DNA of 64,000 nt from an archaeon GW2011_AR15 (GCA_000830295.1 CP010425.1:192001-256000), one strand, 5' to 3'. Counted from the first letter of the stretch, positions 43,109-51,933 are shown. Notes: a model not told the origin generated them from the letters alone. Numbers and translations: made by a program.

Positions 43109-43425
43109 ACAAGGAAACAAAGGAAAAGCTGGAGCAGCTGCAGAATCTGGAGCAGAACATCAATTCTATTTTATCACAGAGGCAGCAGTTCCAGTCCCAG
43201 CAGCTTGAAATAGAAAATGCGATGGAGCAGGTAAAGGATACTGAAAAGGTTTTCAGGATAATAGGGAACATAATGGTTGCCTCAAAGAAAGAAGAGGTCA
43301 AAAAGGAGCTTAGGGAAAAGCTGGATATTGTTGAGCTGAGGCTGAAGACTCTGGAAAAACAGGAAGCAAAATTCCGCGAGAAAGCATCTGAACTGCAGAA
43401 GGATGTTATGAAGGAGATAAAGTGA
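43105..43425 (+). CDS. pfdB: Prefoldin beta subunit
   Basis: Coiled coil - VFRIIGNIMV - coiled coil; synteny. Confidence 0.93.
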   Translation: MNKETKEKLEQLQNLEQNINSILSQRQQFQSQQLEIENAMEQVKDTEKVFRIIGNIMVASKKEEVKKELREKLDIVELRLKTLEKQEAKFREKASELQKDVMKEIK

Positions 43426-43431
43426 TGGAAG

Positions 43432-43674
43432 ATGTCAGAGCTGGAAGAGATTACAGAAATTCTACAGGAACTGCTGGATGATACCACAGTGCCTAAAAAT
43501 GTCAAGACAAAGATTCAGCAGATAATTGATTCCCTCAACCAGAAGACTGAGCTTTCTCTGAGAGTCAACAAGGCGCTGAGCCTGCTGGATGAAATATCTG
43601 ACGACAACAACATACAGCCTTACACAAGAACCCAGATATGGAATGTTGCTTCAATACTAGAATCCATTAATTAG
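43432..43674 (+). CDS. UPF0147 family protein
   Basis: DTTVPKNV...LDEISDDNNI..YTRTQIW. Confidence 0.9.
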   Translation: MSELEEITEILQELLDDTTVPKNVKTKIQQIIDSLNQKTELSLRVNKALSLLDEISDDNNIQPYTRTQIWNVASILESIN

Positions 43675-44257
43675 GCTTTTCAGGAGATTTTGGTGCTCTC
43701 TTCTTTATCCTAATGCTTGACTTCACGACAGTAGCATTAGGGATGTATATTATATCGCCTGACTTGGTTCTTATTTTCACCTGGAAAAGATCAACATTCT
43801 CTATCTCCCCTTTTATTCCAGCTATCTCAACATGTGCCCCTTCTTTAAGTCCTTCTTTCCTGTAGAGCAATGTGCCTGCTATGAGGTTCGGGATGAAATC
43901 CCTGACTGCAAGGAAAAAAGACACTGCTATGACTATCGTCAGCAGGACAGACAGCATATAGACTATATAGCCTGCAACCCCAAGCTGGTCGAGCGCAGCT
44001 ATGAATGCGATAAAATAGATTATGTATGCCAGCACTGAGCTTATGAAACTGTCAGCATTGATTTTAAGTCCTGTGTACTCCCTGATTATCTTATTCAGCT
44101 CAACTTCGCTAAGCGCCTTGTATGCAAACCTTTCAACAATCTTACCTATTATCAGCCCGAATATAAATGTAAGGACTGCGAGGGCTATCGTTATCAGCGT
44201 AGCGTTGACTACTGAAAGTGCGCCTCTGAGGTCTGCAAATGGTATCTGGAATATCAT
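43667..44257 (-). CDS. Small-conductance mechanosensitive channel (MscS) family protein
   Basis: TM helices, NLIAG, G..VEI...GE, YIPN. Confidence 0.85.
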   Translation of the reverse strand: MIFQIPFADLRGALSVVNATLITIALAVLTFIFGLIIGKIVERFAYKALSEVELNKIIREYTGLKINADSFISSVLAYIIYFIAFIAALDQLGVAGYIVYMLSVLLTIVIAVSFFLAVRDFIPNLIAGTLLYRKEGLKEGAHVEIAGIKGEIENVDLFQVKIRTKSGDIIYIPNATVVKSSIRIKKRAPKSPEKPN

Positions 44258-44279
44258 TTTAGATTAGGGATATTTCATC

Positions 44280-44918
44280 TTATTTATTTTTATCTGTTCT
44301 GAGGGGGACAAACATGAAAGAGCCATGGTTCTCCCCTATTAGCTCACTCCCTTTTTTTCTTATTTTTATCATTGCCTGGCCTGTGTGCTGCTCGCCGAGG
44401 GGGAAAACAAGTATGCCTGTGCCCTTAAGCTGCTCTATCCATTCCTGCTTTAATTCAGGAGCAGCCGCAGTAACTATGATCCTGTCATACGGCGCTTCTT
44501 TTGCATATCCCCTGCTGCCGTCTGCCTCCACTACTGCCACGTTCTTTATGCTTGCTTTTTCAAGATTCTTTGCTGCGGTTTCTGCAAGCTCAGGAATTAT
44601 CTCAGTAGCTGTTATCTTTCCTTCTTTTCCTACAATCGTTGACATCACAGCGGCATTATAGCCGCTCCCCGCACCTACTTCAAGCACTTTAAGGCCTTTT
44701 TTCAGCTCAAGCAGCTCAATCATGAAGGCAACTGTGTACGGCTGGCTTATTGTCTGGCCATGCCCTATGTAGAGGGGATAGTTTGCATAAGCCTCTTCCA
44801 TATATCCCCGGGGGATGAACAATTCTCTTTTTGTCTTTCCCACAGCATCAAGGACTTTCCTGTCTTTTATGCCCATCCCGATGAGCTCTTTAACCAGGCT
44901 TTCTTTTGTGTATGCCAT
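44280..44918 (-). CDS. pcm: Protein-L-isoaspartate O-methyltransferase
   Basis: GQTISQP, VLEVGAGSGY, APYDRIIVTAA, FVPL. Confidence 0.96.
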   Translation of the reverse strand: MAYTKESLVKELIGMGIKDRKVLDAVGKTKRELFIPRGYMEEAYANYPLYIGHGQTISQPYTVAFMIELLELKKGLKVLEVGAGSGYNAAVMSTIVGKEGKITATEIIPELAETAAKNLEKASIKNVAVVEADGSRGYAKEAPYDRIIVTAAAPELKQEWIEQLKGTGILVFPLGEQHTGQAMIKIRKKGSELIGENHGSFMFVPLRTDKNK

Positions 44919-44972
44919 ATACCCAGGTAATCAGTAAAAACATATAAATACTTTCTTGGATTTTCCAGAGCC

Positions 44973-45854
44973 ATGGATGAGAGGGAGAAATATATTGAGG
45001 CCGGAAGGATAGCAGGCACTGCACTGAAATATGGGGGGAATATGATAAAAGTCGGAGCTTCCATGCTAGAAGTGACTGAAAAAGTCGAGGAAAAGGTTCT
45101 GGACCTTGGCGGAGAGTTCGCTTTCCCTCCGCAGATTTCACTTAATGAGATTGCTGCACACTACTGTGCAGAGCCGGATGACAAAATAGTTTTCAGAAAA
45201 GGGGATGTTGCAAAGCTTGACGTGGGCGTGATGATAGACGGATATATCGGGGATAATGCGCTTACTGTTGATTTAGGTGACAATGAAAAGATTGTGAAAG
45301 CCGCCAGGGAAGGGCTGAACAATGCCCTGAAGCTTGTAGGTCCGGGAGTGGCAATTTCAGATATCGGGAGGGCAATACAGGACACAATAACAAAATACGG
45401 CTTTGCTCCTGTGAGGAACCTTTCAGGCCACGCCCTCAGCCAGTATGTGTATCATGATTCCCCGAGCATCCCGAATTTTGACACAGGGGACAAGACAAGA
45501 CTGGAAAGGGGTATGGTGATTGCAATAGAGCCTTTCGCATCTACGGGAGCAGGCATAATATTTGAGAGCTCCAATGCAAATATATTCTCAATGAAGCAGA
45601 AAAAGCCTGTCAGGAACATGATAACAAGGCAGGTGCTGAAAGAGATAGAATCATTCAAAGATATGCCCTTCACAACAAGGTGGCTGACAAAAAAATTCCC
45701 AGAGCCGAAAGTCAATTTTGCGCTGAGGGAGCTAATGCAGCAGGATATGCTGAACAGCTATCCTCCTCTTCCTGACAGGGACGGAGGATTAGTGAGCCAG
45801 GCAGAGCACACGGTAATTGTGGATGATGATCCTATAATCACAACTAAGATTTAA
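44973..45854 (+). CDS. map: Methionine aminopeptidase type II
   Basis: AAHY, DVGV..DGYIGD, NLSGH, AIEPF, SQAEHT. Confidence 0.96.
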   Translation: MDEREKYIEAGRIAGTALKYGGNMIKVGASMLEVTEKVEEKVLDLGGEFAFPPQISLNEIAAHYCAEPDDKIVFRKGDVAKLDVGVMIDGYIGDNALTVDLGDNEKIVKAAREGLNNALKLVGPGVAISDIGRAIQDTITKYGFAPVRNLSGHALSQYVYHDSPSIPNFDTGDKTRLERGMVIAIEPFASTGAGIIFESSNANIFSMKQKKPVRNMITRQVLKEIESFKDMPFTTRWLTKKFPEPKVNFALRELMQQDMLNSYPPLPDRDGGLVSQAEHTVIVDDDPIITTKI

Positions 45855-47139
45855 GCCTGGAGATTATTTTTTCTGTGCTGAGTGCTTCTTCTTTTCCGGA
45901 TTTCATATCCCTGAGATTCAGCTTGCCGCTGGCCAATTCCCTTTCCCCGACTATAAGGGCATAAGGTATGCCATAGGAATTCGCAAATGCAAGGTTTTTG
46001 CTTATGCCCCTGTTAAGAAGGTCGATGTCCGTGTTTATGCCTGCTTCCCTGAGCTCCTGGGCAATACTGAGCGATTCCTTCACAGTTTTTATAGGGATAA
46101 CATATACTTTTGCAACTGACTTCTCATCAAGCCTGTCTTTTTCCCTTAGGGCCTCTGTTATGACATCTACGCCGAATGAAATTCCTGTTGCAGGAATCTC
46201 TTCCTGTTTCCCAAGGTAATTCCCTATAAGCCTGTCATATCTCCCTCCGCCTGCAACTGAGCTTGTGATTGAGGACTTGTTAAGGAATATCTCGAAAATC
46301 GGGCCAGTGTAATACGCAAGCCCTCTTGCAAGGGAAGGATTGAAAACTGCAGTCTTTACATTTAAGTCCTTGAGATAACCCAGAAGCTCGTTCATCTCTT
46401 CTATCCCCTGCTTTCCCTCTGCGCTTTTTATTGTCTTTTCAAGTTTTTTCAGGGTTGCGCTGCTGTCTTTTTCCGGAGAGAGCGTGTCAAGTATAAATTC
46501 TGCCTTATCTTTTTTCATTCCGTTTGCAGTAAGCTCTTTTTCAACTTCCTTTTTCCCGATTTTTTTCAGCTTGTCGATTGACACTGTAACAGAAAACCAG
46601 TCTTTCTCTTTTACTCCGGCATCCGTAAGCACGCCGTCCAGTATTTTCCTGTTGTTCAGCTCTATGTAAAAATCAAATTTAAGTTTCCTGAAAGCTGAGT
46701 CTGCCAGTGCAAGTATCTCTGCATCTGCTATCATCTCCCTGCAGCCGACTATGTCAGGGTCAAACTGGGTGAACTGCCTGTATCTCCCAGTCTTTATGGG
46801 CCCGTCCCTGAAAACCTCTCCTGCCATGTACTTCTTGAAAGGCATCTTTACATTGGGGTTCATTGCAATGTATCTTGAGAAAGGGACTGTAAGGTCAAAC
46901 CTCAGCCCGAGCTTCCTGTCTCCCTGGTCTGTCAATCTGAAAATCTCTTTCAGTGCATCTGACTCCTCGCCTGCTGCAAACTTTGCCGCCAGTGTCTCGT
47001 ATTTCTCAATTATGGGCGTTTCAACAGGGTTGAACCCGTAATTCTCGCATGTCTCCTTGAGTACTTTGATTATCTTGTCCCTGAGTATTTTTTCCTCAGG
47101 CGAAAAGTCCCTTGTCCCTTTTGCATTATCCAGCTCCAT
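45844..47139 (-). CDS. hisS: Histidine--tRNA ligase
   Basis: KGTRDF, LRFDLTVP, GRYRQFTQ, RGLAYYTG, GGGRYD. Confidence 0.97.
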   Translation of the reverse strand: MELDNAKGTRDFSPEEKILRDKIIKVLKETCENYGFNPVETPIIEKYETLAAKFAAGEESDALKEIFRLTDQGDRKLGLRFDLTVPFSRYIAMNPNVKMPFKKYMAGEVFRDGPIKTGRYRQFTQFDPDIVGCREMIADAEILALADSAFRKLKFDFYIELNNRKILDGVLTDAGVKEKDWFSVTVSIDKLKKIGKKEVEKELTANGMKKDKAEFILDTLSPEKDSSATLKKLEKTIKSAEGKQGIEEMNELLGYLKDLNVKTAVFNPSLARGLAYYTGPIFEIFLNKSSITSSVAGGGRYDRLIGNYLGKQEEIPATGISFGVDVITEALREKDRLDEKSVAKVYVIPIKTVKESLSIAQELREAGINTDIDLLNRGISKNLAFANSYGIPYALIVGERELASGKLNLRDMKSGKEEALSTEKIISRLKS

Positions 47140-47204
47140 TATTATCACCTTTGTTTTATTGTTTTATATAGTTTTTGTAGTTTTTGAAAAAAATAAAAAA
47201 TAAG

Positions 47205-48050
47205 TTAGTGGATTGATGCCCTCTCGTTTGATGTGCACACATAACCGGGAGCATCTGCTGCTTTTGTTTCTACCCTCATAGGCCTGCTTCCTGCACTATA
47301 CTCGTCTTTATCCAGCACCCTGACCAGCAAAGAGCACAGGCCTTTTTCAGGGTCAGCACCAAGAGTTACCTGTCCTGTCGGCAGATATGTCACCATGTTT
47401 ATGGCCTGATTAACTTCATCCGGCACAATGACTCTCGGATTTGGCGTGGACCTGAGAAACACAGGCCATAGAGTAGCAGAGCGGCCGTAAAGGGTTATCC
47501 CTGTAATGTTCTCGATAAGCTGCTCTTCCCATTCCGGCTCGGAAAGGATATAATCATACAATTCTTTCCTTACTTCCCCTGTACCTCCCTCTTCATTGCA
47601 GGCAATATAGGAATACTCCTGGCTGGCAGGGCTATAACTCCCTGAAGTCACCAGACCTACCCGGATTGCCCTCCTCAACAGCTGCCGGCACGCATCTATA
47701 TCCTCTTTGGATTCTTCTCCCCATTTGTATGAATTGGCTGCCATACGGCCAACCACAATAGGGTTTGGTATCCTGATATTGCTGGAACCGTTTCTTGCCA
47801 TACTTAGCCAGTCATCGTAAGACTGAATCTCCCTGACAAGAATGTCGTTTTCCTGAATAAGTTCTTTTTTCTCCAGTTTTTCCAGAGTTTTGTCATCAAT
47901 ATCCCCTCTTAATAGAAGAGAAGGATAGAGAACAACATCTCTTGGTCCTGACATTATAAATCTGTAGAACTCCGGGAAAAGAAAGGGCTGATTCTCTCCT
48001 CCATCCAATTCCGAAGCTATTTCTCTTGTTGTATTGATTTGTTTTACCAT
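47205..48050 (-). CDS. Hypothetical protein
   Basis: 281-aa ORF, AGGAGATGA SD. Confidence 0.7.
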   Translation of the reverse strand: MVKQINTTREIASELDGGENQPFLFPEFYRFIMSGPRDVVLYPSLLLRGDIDDKTLEKLEKKELIQENDILVREIQSYDDWLSMARNGSSNIRIPNPIVVGRMAANSYKWGEESKEDIDACRQLLRRAIRVGLVTSGSYSPASQEYSYIACNEEGGTGEVRKELYDYILSEPEWEEQLIENITGITLYGRSATLWPVFLRSTPNPRVIVPDEVNQAINMVTYLPTGQVTLGADPEKGLCSLLVRVLDKDEYSAGSRPMRVETKAADAPGYVCTSNERASIH

Positions 48051-48069
48051 TTTTCATCATCTCCTTGTT

Positions 48070-48480
48070 TTATTTTTTGTATTCCGGAGAAGGGCATTCT
48101 CCTATCTGCTCTGCATTCATTATAATATAGCCTAGCAGTGTTGTACTTATCCTATACTCACAGCCTTCCTGAAGGGGTTTATCATACAGGAAAAAGCCGC
48201 CCACAGGTTTCCCCTGAAGATCAATCTCCTGCCCTACCACTCTAACTATCCCGTCAGGGCCGAGGACACTATAATCAGCATATCGGAACTCGGAATACCA
48301 GCCCCTATCCATTAGGTATGCCCTTGTCGTATCTTCCCTGCCTATTACCCTCCCTTCAATATTTCTCAGGGGGAGAGTAACAAGGCATGCTGCTGCAATA
48401 GCAAGTCCTGCTGCTGATATGAGTAATTTGTCCTCTATGCTTATTTTATTTAGTTTAGCTAATGTTTTCATTCTCATCAT
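48070..48480 (-). CDS. Hypothetical membrane-anchored protein
   Basis: N-terminal hydrophobic helix; GGAGATGA SD. Confidence 0.65.
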   Translation of the reverse strand: MMRMKTLAKLNKISIEDKLLISAAGLAIAAACLVTLPLRNIEGRVIGREDTTRAYLMDRGWYSEFRYADYSVLGPDGIVRVVGQEIDLQGKPVGGFFLYDKPLQEGCEYRISTTLLGYIIMNAEQIGECPSPEYKK

Positions 48481-48574
48481 CTCCGCCGCTTAATGCCCGG
48501 CCGGCGCTTTGGTTATCTAATTAACAAAACCAGGACTGGAGATGATGATGCACTCGAGAACGAAAATAGTTGAG

Positions 48575-48646
48575 GGCGACAGGCGAGAATCGAACTCGCG
48601 TCTTAGGATCCACAGTCCCAAATTCTGCCACTAAACTACCGTCGCC
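48575..48646 (-). tRNA. tRNA-His(GTG), G-1 encoded
   Basis: G-1 + GCGACGG/CTGTCGC acceptor, C discriminator, TGGGA-CTGTGGA-TCCTA anticodon arm, GTTCGATTC T-loop. Confidence 0.95.
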
Positions 48647-48647
48647 A

Positions 48648-49331
48648 TTAAACATCAGAATCACCCTTAACAGAATATTCTACAGTTGCCTCGGCTAAAA
48701 TCTGAAGTGTGTCATACAATTTTAAATCCGAATCTTTCTGGCTTATCAAAAGAGGAAGCTCTGTGCACCCCAATATAACTGCATCGCATCCCTTTCCTCT
48801 AAATTGAGAAATTATTTTCAAAATAGATTTTTTATCAGACTCAAGTTTTTTCCCTGCAAGGATATTCAGGATAATCTTAGTTATTTTTTCCTGCTGTTTC
48901 GCGGTCGGGAGTTCAGAAGTTTTTCCGAGATTGCTTAGTTTTTTCTGGTATACCCCGGAATTAATAGTCTGCCTTGTTCCAAGTATCCCGGTTTTTCCTG
49001 AACCAATTTCCTCCAGTGTTTCATCCACTATGCTCAGAAAAGGCAGTCTGAAATCAAGAGAGGAAAAAAGTGTGCCTGCTGAATTGCATGGGCTCACGAT
49101 AAATTCAGCGCCAACAGCTGTAAGCTTATCAACTCCTTTCTGGAGTGAATTAATTACTTTAGGGTCTGTCGTTCTTACAATCTCAGGCAGAGGAAGGTTA
49201 TAGATGAATATCTCAGGGTAATCAAAATCATTTGCACAGCCATATTCTCTCTGGAATATGCTGATAATTCTTTTATAGAATTCCGCAGTTGCCTCTGGCC
49301 CCATGCCGCCAAGAATGCCAATTGCTCTGAT
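48648..49331 (-). CDS. Aspartate/glutamate racemase family protein (start uncertain: ATC at 49331 or TTG at 49361)
   Basis: IGILGGMGPEAT, PCNS and LGCTELP catalytic Cys pair. Confidence 0.9.
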   Translation of the reverse strand: MRAIGILGGMGPEATAEFYKRIISIFQREYGCANDFDYPEIFIYNLPLPEIVRTTDPKVINSLQKGVDKLTAVGAEFIVSPCNSAGTLFSSLDFRLPFLSIVDETLEEIGSGKTGILGTRQTINSGVYQKKLSNLGKTSELPTAKQQEKITKIILNILAGKKLESDKKSILKIISQFRGKGCDAVILGCTELPLLISQKDSDLKLYDTLQILAEATVEYSVKGDSDV

Positions 49332-49405
49332 GACGTAAATCTCCAGACTGGTTACTGGCAATGCCTCTGGAACTGGAATCCGGCTTAGTTAAAATAGACG
49401 TAGAA

Positions 49406-49450
49406 CTACTGACAATGAATACAATCTTCAGGCTGGTTACTGATTCTCAT
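49406..49450 (-). other. Candidate leaderless uORF MRISNQPEDCIHCQ upstream of racemase
   Basis: ATG ~24 nt downstream of TTTTATATA box (49474-49482). Confidence 0.4.
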
Positions 49451-49552
49451 AGCAGATGGGAATGTTTAACTGGTATATAAAACTTTTGTGATTTGTAACT
49501 TACAAGTGAATATTAGAAAAGTTTAAATAAAATAGTATTATTTCTTTCTCCC

Positions 49553-49603
49553 ATGCACAAGCCAGCAGCACAAAGCAAGTATTCTTATTACTATTATTGC
49601 TAG
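49553..49603 (+). CDS. Candidate Tyr-rich leader peptide MHKPAAQSKYSYYYYC
   Basis: ATG ~24 nt after TTTAAATA (49522-49529); TAT TCT TAT TAC TAT TAT run; directly upstream of phhA. Confidence 0.75.
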   Translation: MHKPAAQSKYSYYYYC

Positions 49604-49683
49604 CTGAACCTTTCCCTTTCTGAATAAAGCATGGGAACTAGGTTCCGGTGTGCATTTCTAAAAAACTATTCGGAGGTATTAAA
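49604..49683 (+). promoter_or_regulatory. Candidate translational attenuator (hairpin vs anti-SD pairing)
   Basis: GAACCT-TTCCC / GGGAA-(CT)-AGGTTC hairpin; TTTCTGAATA complementary (3 GU) to TATTCGGAGG containing the SD. Confidence 0.6.
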
Positions 49684-50451
49684 ATGAACTTTACAAATGA
49701 ACAAAACAAAACATGGAGAACGCTTTTTGCCAGATTGAGGCCTGTTGTAGAGGAGCACGCCTGCTCGGATTACTTAGCTGGATTCAGAAATCTGAAAATG
49801 GATCCGGAAAGAATCCCTTCGGTGGAGGAACTAAATGAACAGATTGCGCCGAGAACTGGCTGGAAAATCGAGAGGACAAAAGTGAGATACAGTGATGCTG
49901 TGCCTTGGTACTTGAAATTTTCAGAGAGGATATTCATGATAACAGATTATATGAGAACTTGGGAAGAGCTTGATTTTACTCCAGAGCCTGACATGTTCCA
50001 CGACATATTCGGCCACCTGCCTTTCATGACGCTGAAGCAATACACAGCCATACAGGACATGTTCGCCCCTGCTTTCATAAGGGCGACTCTTGAGGAGCAG
50101 GAAAACATAAAGAGGCTGGCATGGTTCAGCACTGAGTTCGGGCTGATAAAGGAAAACGGGGAGGTAAAAATATTCGGGGCGGGAATAATGTCCTCAAAAG
50201 GCGAGATAGAAAATGTAGTATCCGGAAAAGTCCCCATTCTCCCTTTCACAATAGAGAACGTGCTGAAAAGGAACAAGGCAATCTACAGCTTCAACAAGGA
50301 GCTTTTTATCTTCAATTCAGTTGAAGAGCTGAAGCAGGAACTCGGGAAATACTTTGACCCTATTGCAGCAAGAGAAAAGATAATAATCCAGAGAAAAGAA
50401 AAGATTGTGGACAGGGAGCTGAAAGACCTGAAGAGACCTATATTTCCCTGA
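49684..50451 (+). CDS. phhA: Phenylalanine 4-hydroxylase (pterin-dependent aromatic amino acid hydroxylase)
   Basis: TPEPDMFHDIFGHLP and WFSTEFGL (2-His-1-Glu iron triad), GAGIMSS; GGAGGT SD. Confidence 0.92.
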   Translation: MNFTNEQNKTWRTLFARLRPVVEEHACSDYLAGFRNLKMDPERIPSVEELNEQIAPRTGWKIERTKVRYSDAVPWYLKFSERIFMITDYMRTWEELDFTPEPDMFHDIFGHLPFMTLKQYTAIQDMFAPAFIRATLEEQENIKRLAWFSTEFGLIKENGEVKIFGAGIMSSKGEIENVVSGKVPILPFTIENVLKRNKAIYSFNKELFIFNSVEELKQELGKYFDPIAAREKIIIQRKEKIVDRELKDLKRPIFP

Positions 50452-51778
50452 GGTTTTCCATAACCTCGCTGAGAGTAGGATGGATATGGATCATCTTCTG
50501 CAGTGTTGAGACTGTCGCGCCCGCATTCATGAGTGCAACAAATTCATGAATGATGTCGTCTGCATTAGGCCCAGCTATCTCTGCGCCTATTATTTTTTTG
50601 TCTTTTTTGCTGAAAAGAATTTTCACCTGGCCGTTTTGCTCCTCTATTATCCTTGCCCTTCCCACATTGCTGAAATCAGCTTTCAAAATACCATAGCTGA
50701 TCTTTTTTTCTTTTGCAGATTTTTCATTCAGCCCGATCCCTGCAACAGGCAGGCTGGTGAATATCGCCCATGGCACTAATGAGAAATCCATTGCTGTTTT
50801 TTTTGATTCAAATATATTACTCAGGACAATCTTTGTTTCCCTCTTTGCTGCGTGGGCAAACATCGCCTTTCCTGTAACATCGCCTATTGCATAGATATTT
50901 TTGTTTGTTGTCTGCAGGAACTCATTTACCTTTATGCCTCTCCCCTCCAGCTCTATTCCTGCTACAGCGAGGTTCAGGAATTCGGTGTTGGGAACTCTGC
51001 CTGTTGCGACAAGCACTGCTTCTGCCTTGACTGACCTGCCCTTGTCAAATACAACTCTTTTCAGCTTTCCCTCTTTCCTGACTTCATGTATTGTGAATCC
51101 AGTATGCAGGTCAACATTTCTCTTCCTGTAATATTCTTCCACTATGCTTATTGTGTCAGCATCCAGCATATTGAGAATATCAGGCAGCCTTTCTATCACT
51201 GTTACCTTGCTTCCCAAACCTGCAAAAAAACTTGTGAATTCCATTGAGATGTAGCCGCCTCCGATCATCACTATCGACTTCGGAAGTTTTTTCAGATTCA
51301 GGATTGAGACATTATCCAGATAATCTATTTTGTCAAGGCCCGCTATTGGAGGCACAATGTTTCTTGAGCCTGCTGCAATAATAATCTTTTCTGCCTGTAT
51401 CTTCTCCTTTCCCGCCATAATAGTATTATTATCTATGAATTTTGCTTTTGCCTTAAAAAGAACTATATTCTTATTTTTTTTCTGGGCTTTCTCTATATGT
51501 TCCCTTCCCTCTTTCACTATGGCATTGACTCGAGCCATGAGCTTCTTAAAATTCAGCCGGGAAGTTGCTGTTATGCCGTACCTTGCTAAATCCCTAGACT
51601 GGAAATAAAGATGGGATGCATACAGCATTGCCTTTGTAGGAATGCAGCCGTTGTTAAGGCATGTCCCACCAAGATTACCGGGCTCTATAAGCGCAACTTT
51701 TACCTTTTTAGAAGCATGCGCTGCAGCCCGCCATCCGGAAGTCCCGCCGCCTATTATTGCAAGCTTAAATGCTTTCAT
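50438..51778 (-). CDS. Dihydrolipoyl dehydrogenase-like pyridine nucleotide-disulfide oxidoreductase
   Basis: IIGGG, GGTCLNNGCIPTK, IGGGYI, YAIGD, HPTLSE. Confidence 0.9.
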   Translation of the reverse strand: MKAFKLAIIGGGTSGWRAAAHASKKVKVALIEPGNLGGTCLNNGCIPTKAMLYASHLYFQSRDLARYGITATSRLNFKKLMARVNAIVKEGREHIEKAQKKNKNIVLFKAKAKFIDNNTIMAGKEKIQAEKIIIAAGSRNIVPPIAGLDKIDYLDNVSILNLKKLPKSIVMIGGGYISMEFTSFFAGLGSKVTVIERLPDILNMLDADTISIVEEYYRKRNVDLHTGFTIHEVRKEGKLKRVVFDKGRSVKAEAVLVATGRVPNTEFLNLAVAGIELEGRGIKVNEFLQTTNKNIYAIGDVTGKAMFAHAAKRETKIVLSNIFESKKTAMDFSLVPWAIFTSLPVAGIGLNEKSAKEKKISYGILKADFSNVGRARIIEEQNGQVKILFSKKDKKIIGAEIAGPNADDIIHEFVALMNAGATVSTLQKMIHIHPTLSEVMENLREI

Positions 51779-51855
51779 TATGAAAACTAATAGTAGAAAG
51801 ATTTAAATAGTTTTTTCCATGCCGGTATAGGTTAATAAAAAGGAGGAAAAAGACT

Positions 51856-51933
51856 ATGAAATCTGTTCCAGAGAAGGCTATGGGAAAAGGCAAAGGCAAG
51901 GATAAGGACGACGATGACTGTCCTTTCTGCTGA
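51856..51933 (+). CDS. Candidate 25-aa micro-protein ending in CPFC
   Basis: AGGAGG SD; MKSVPEKAMGKGKGKDKDDDDCPFC*; stop overlaps GAGGTGA SD of VKOR. Confidence 0.6.
   Translation: MKSVPEKAMGKGKGKDKDDDDCPFC

Noticed and set aside
48538-48560. Fluoride riboswitch-like GGAGATG start on + strand
   Set aside because: The rest of the crcB motif is absent and there is no downstream + strand gene; better explained as the anti-SD arm on the minus strand.
49648-49683. Track start (GTG 49648) for phhA
   Set aside because: ATG at 49684 has a GGAGGT SD at 7 nt; the upstream part is leader.
51931-51933. Selenocysteine read-through after CPFC-TGA
   Set aside because: No SECIS or Sec machinery visible; TGA is explained by overlap with the GAGGTGA SD.
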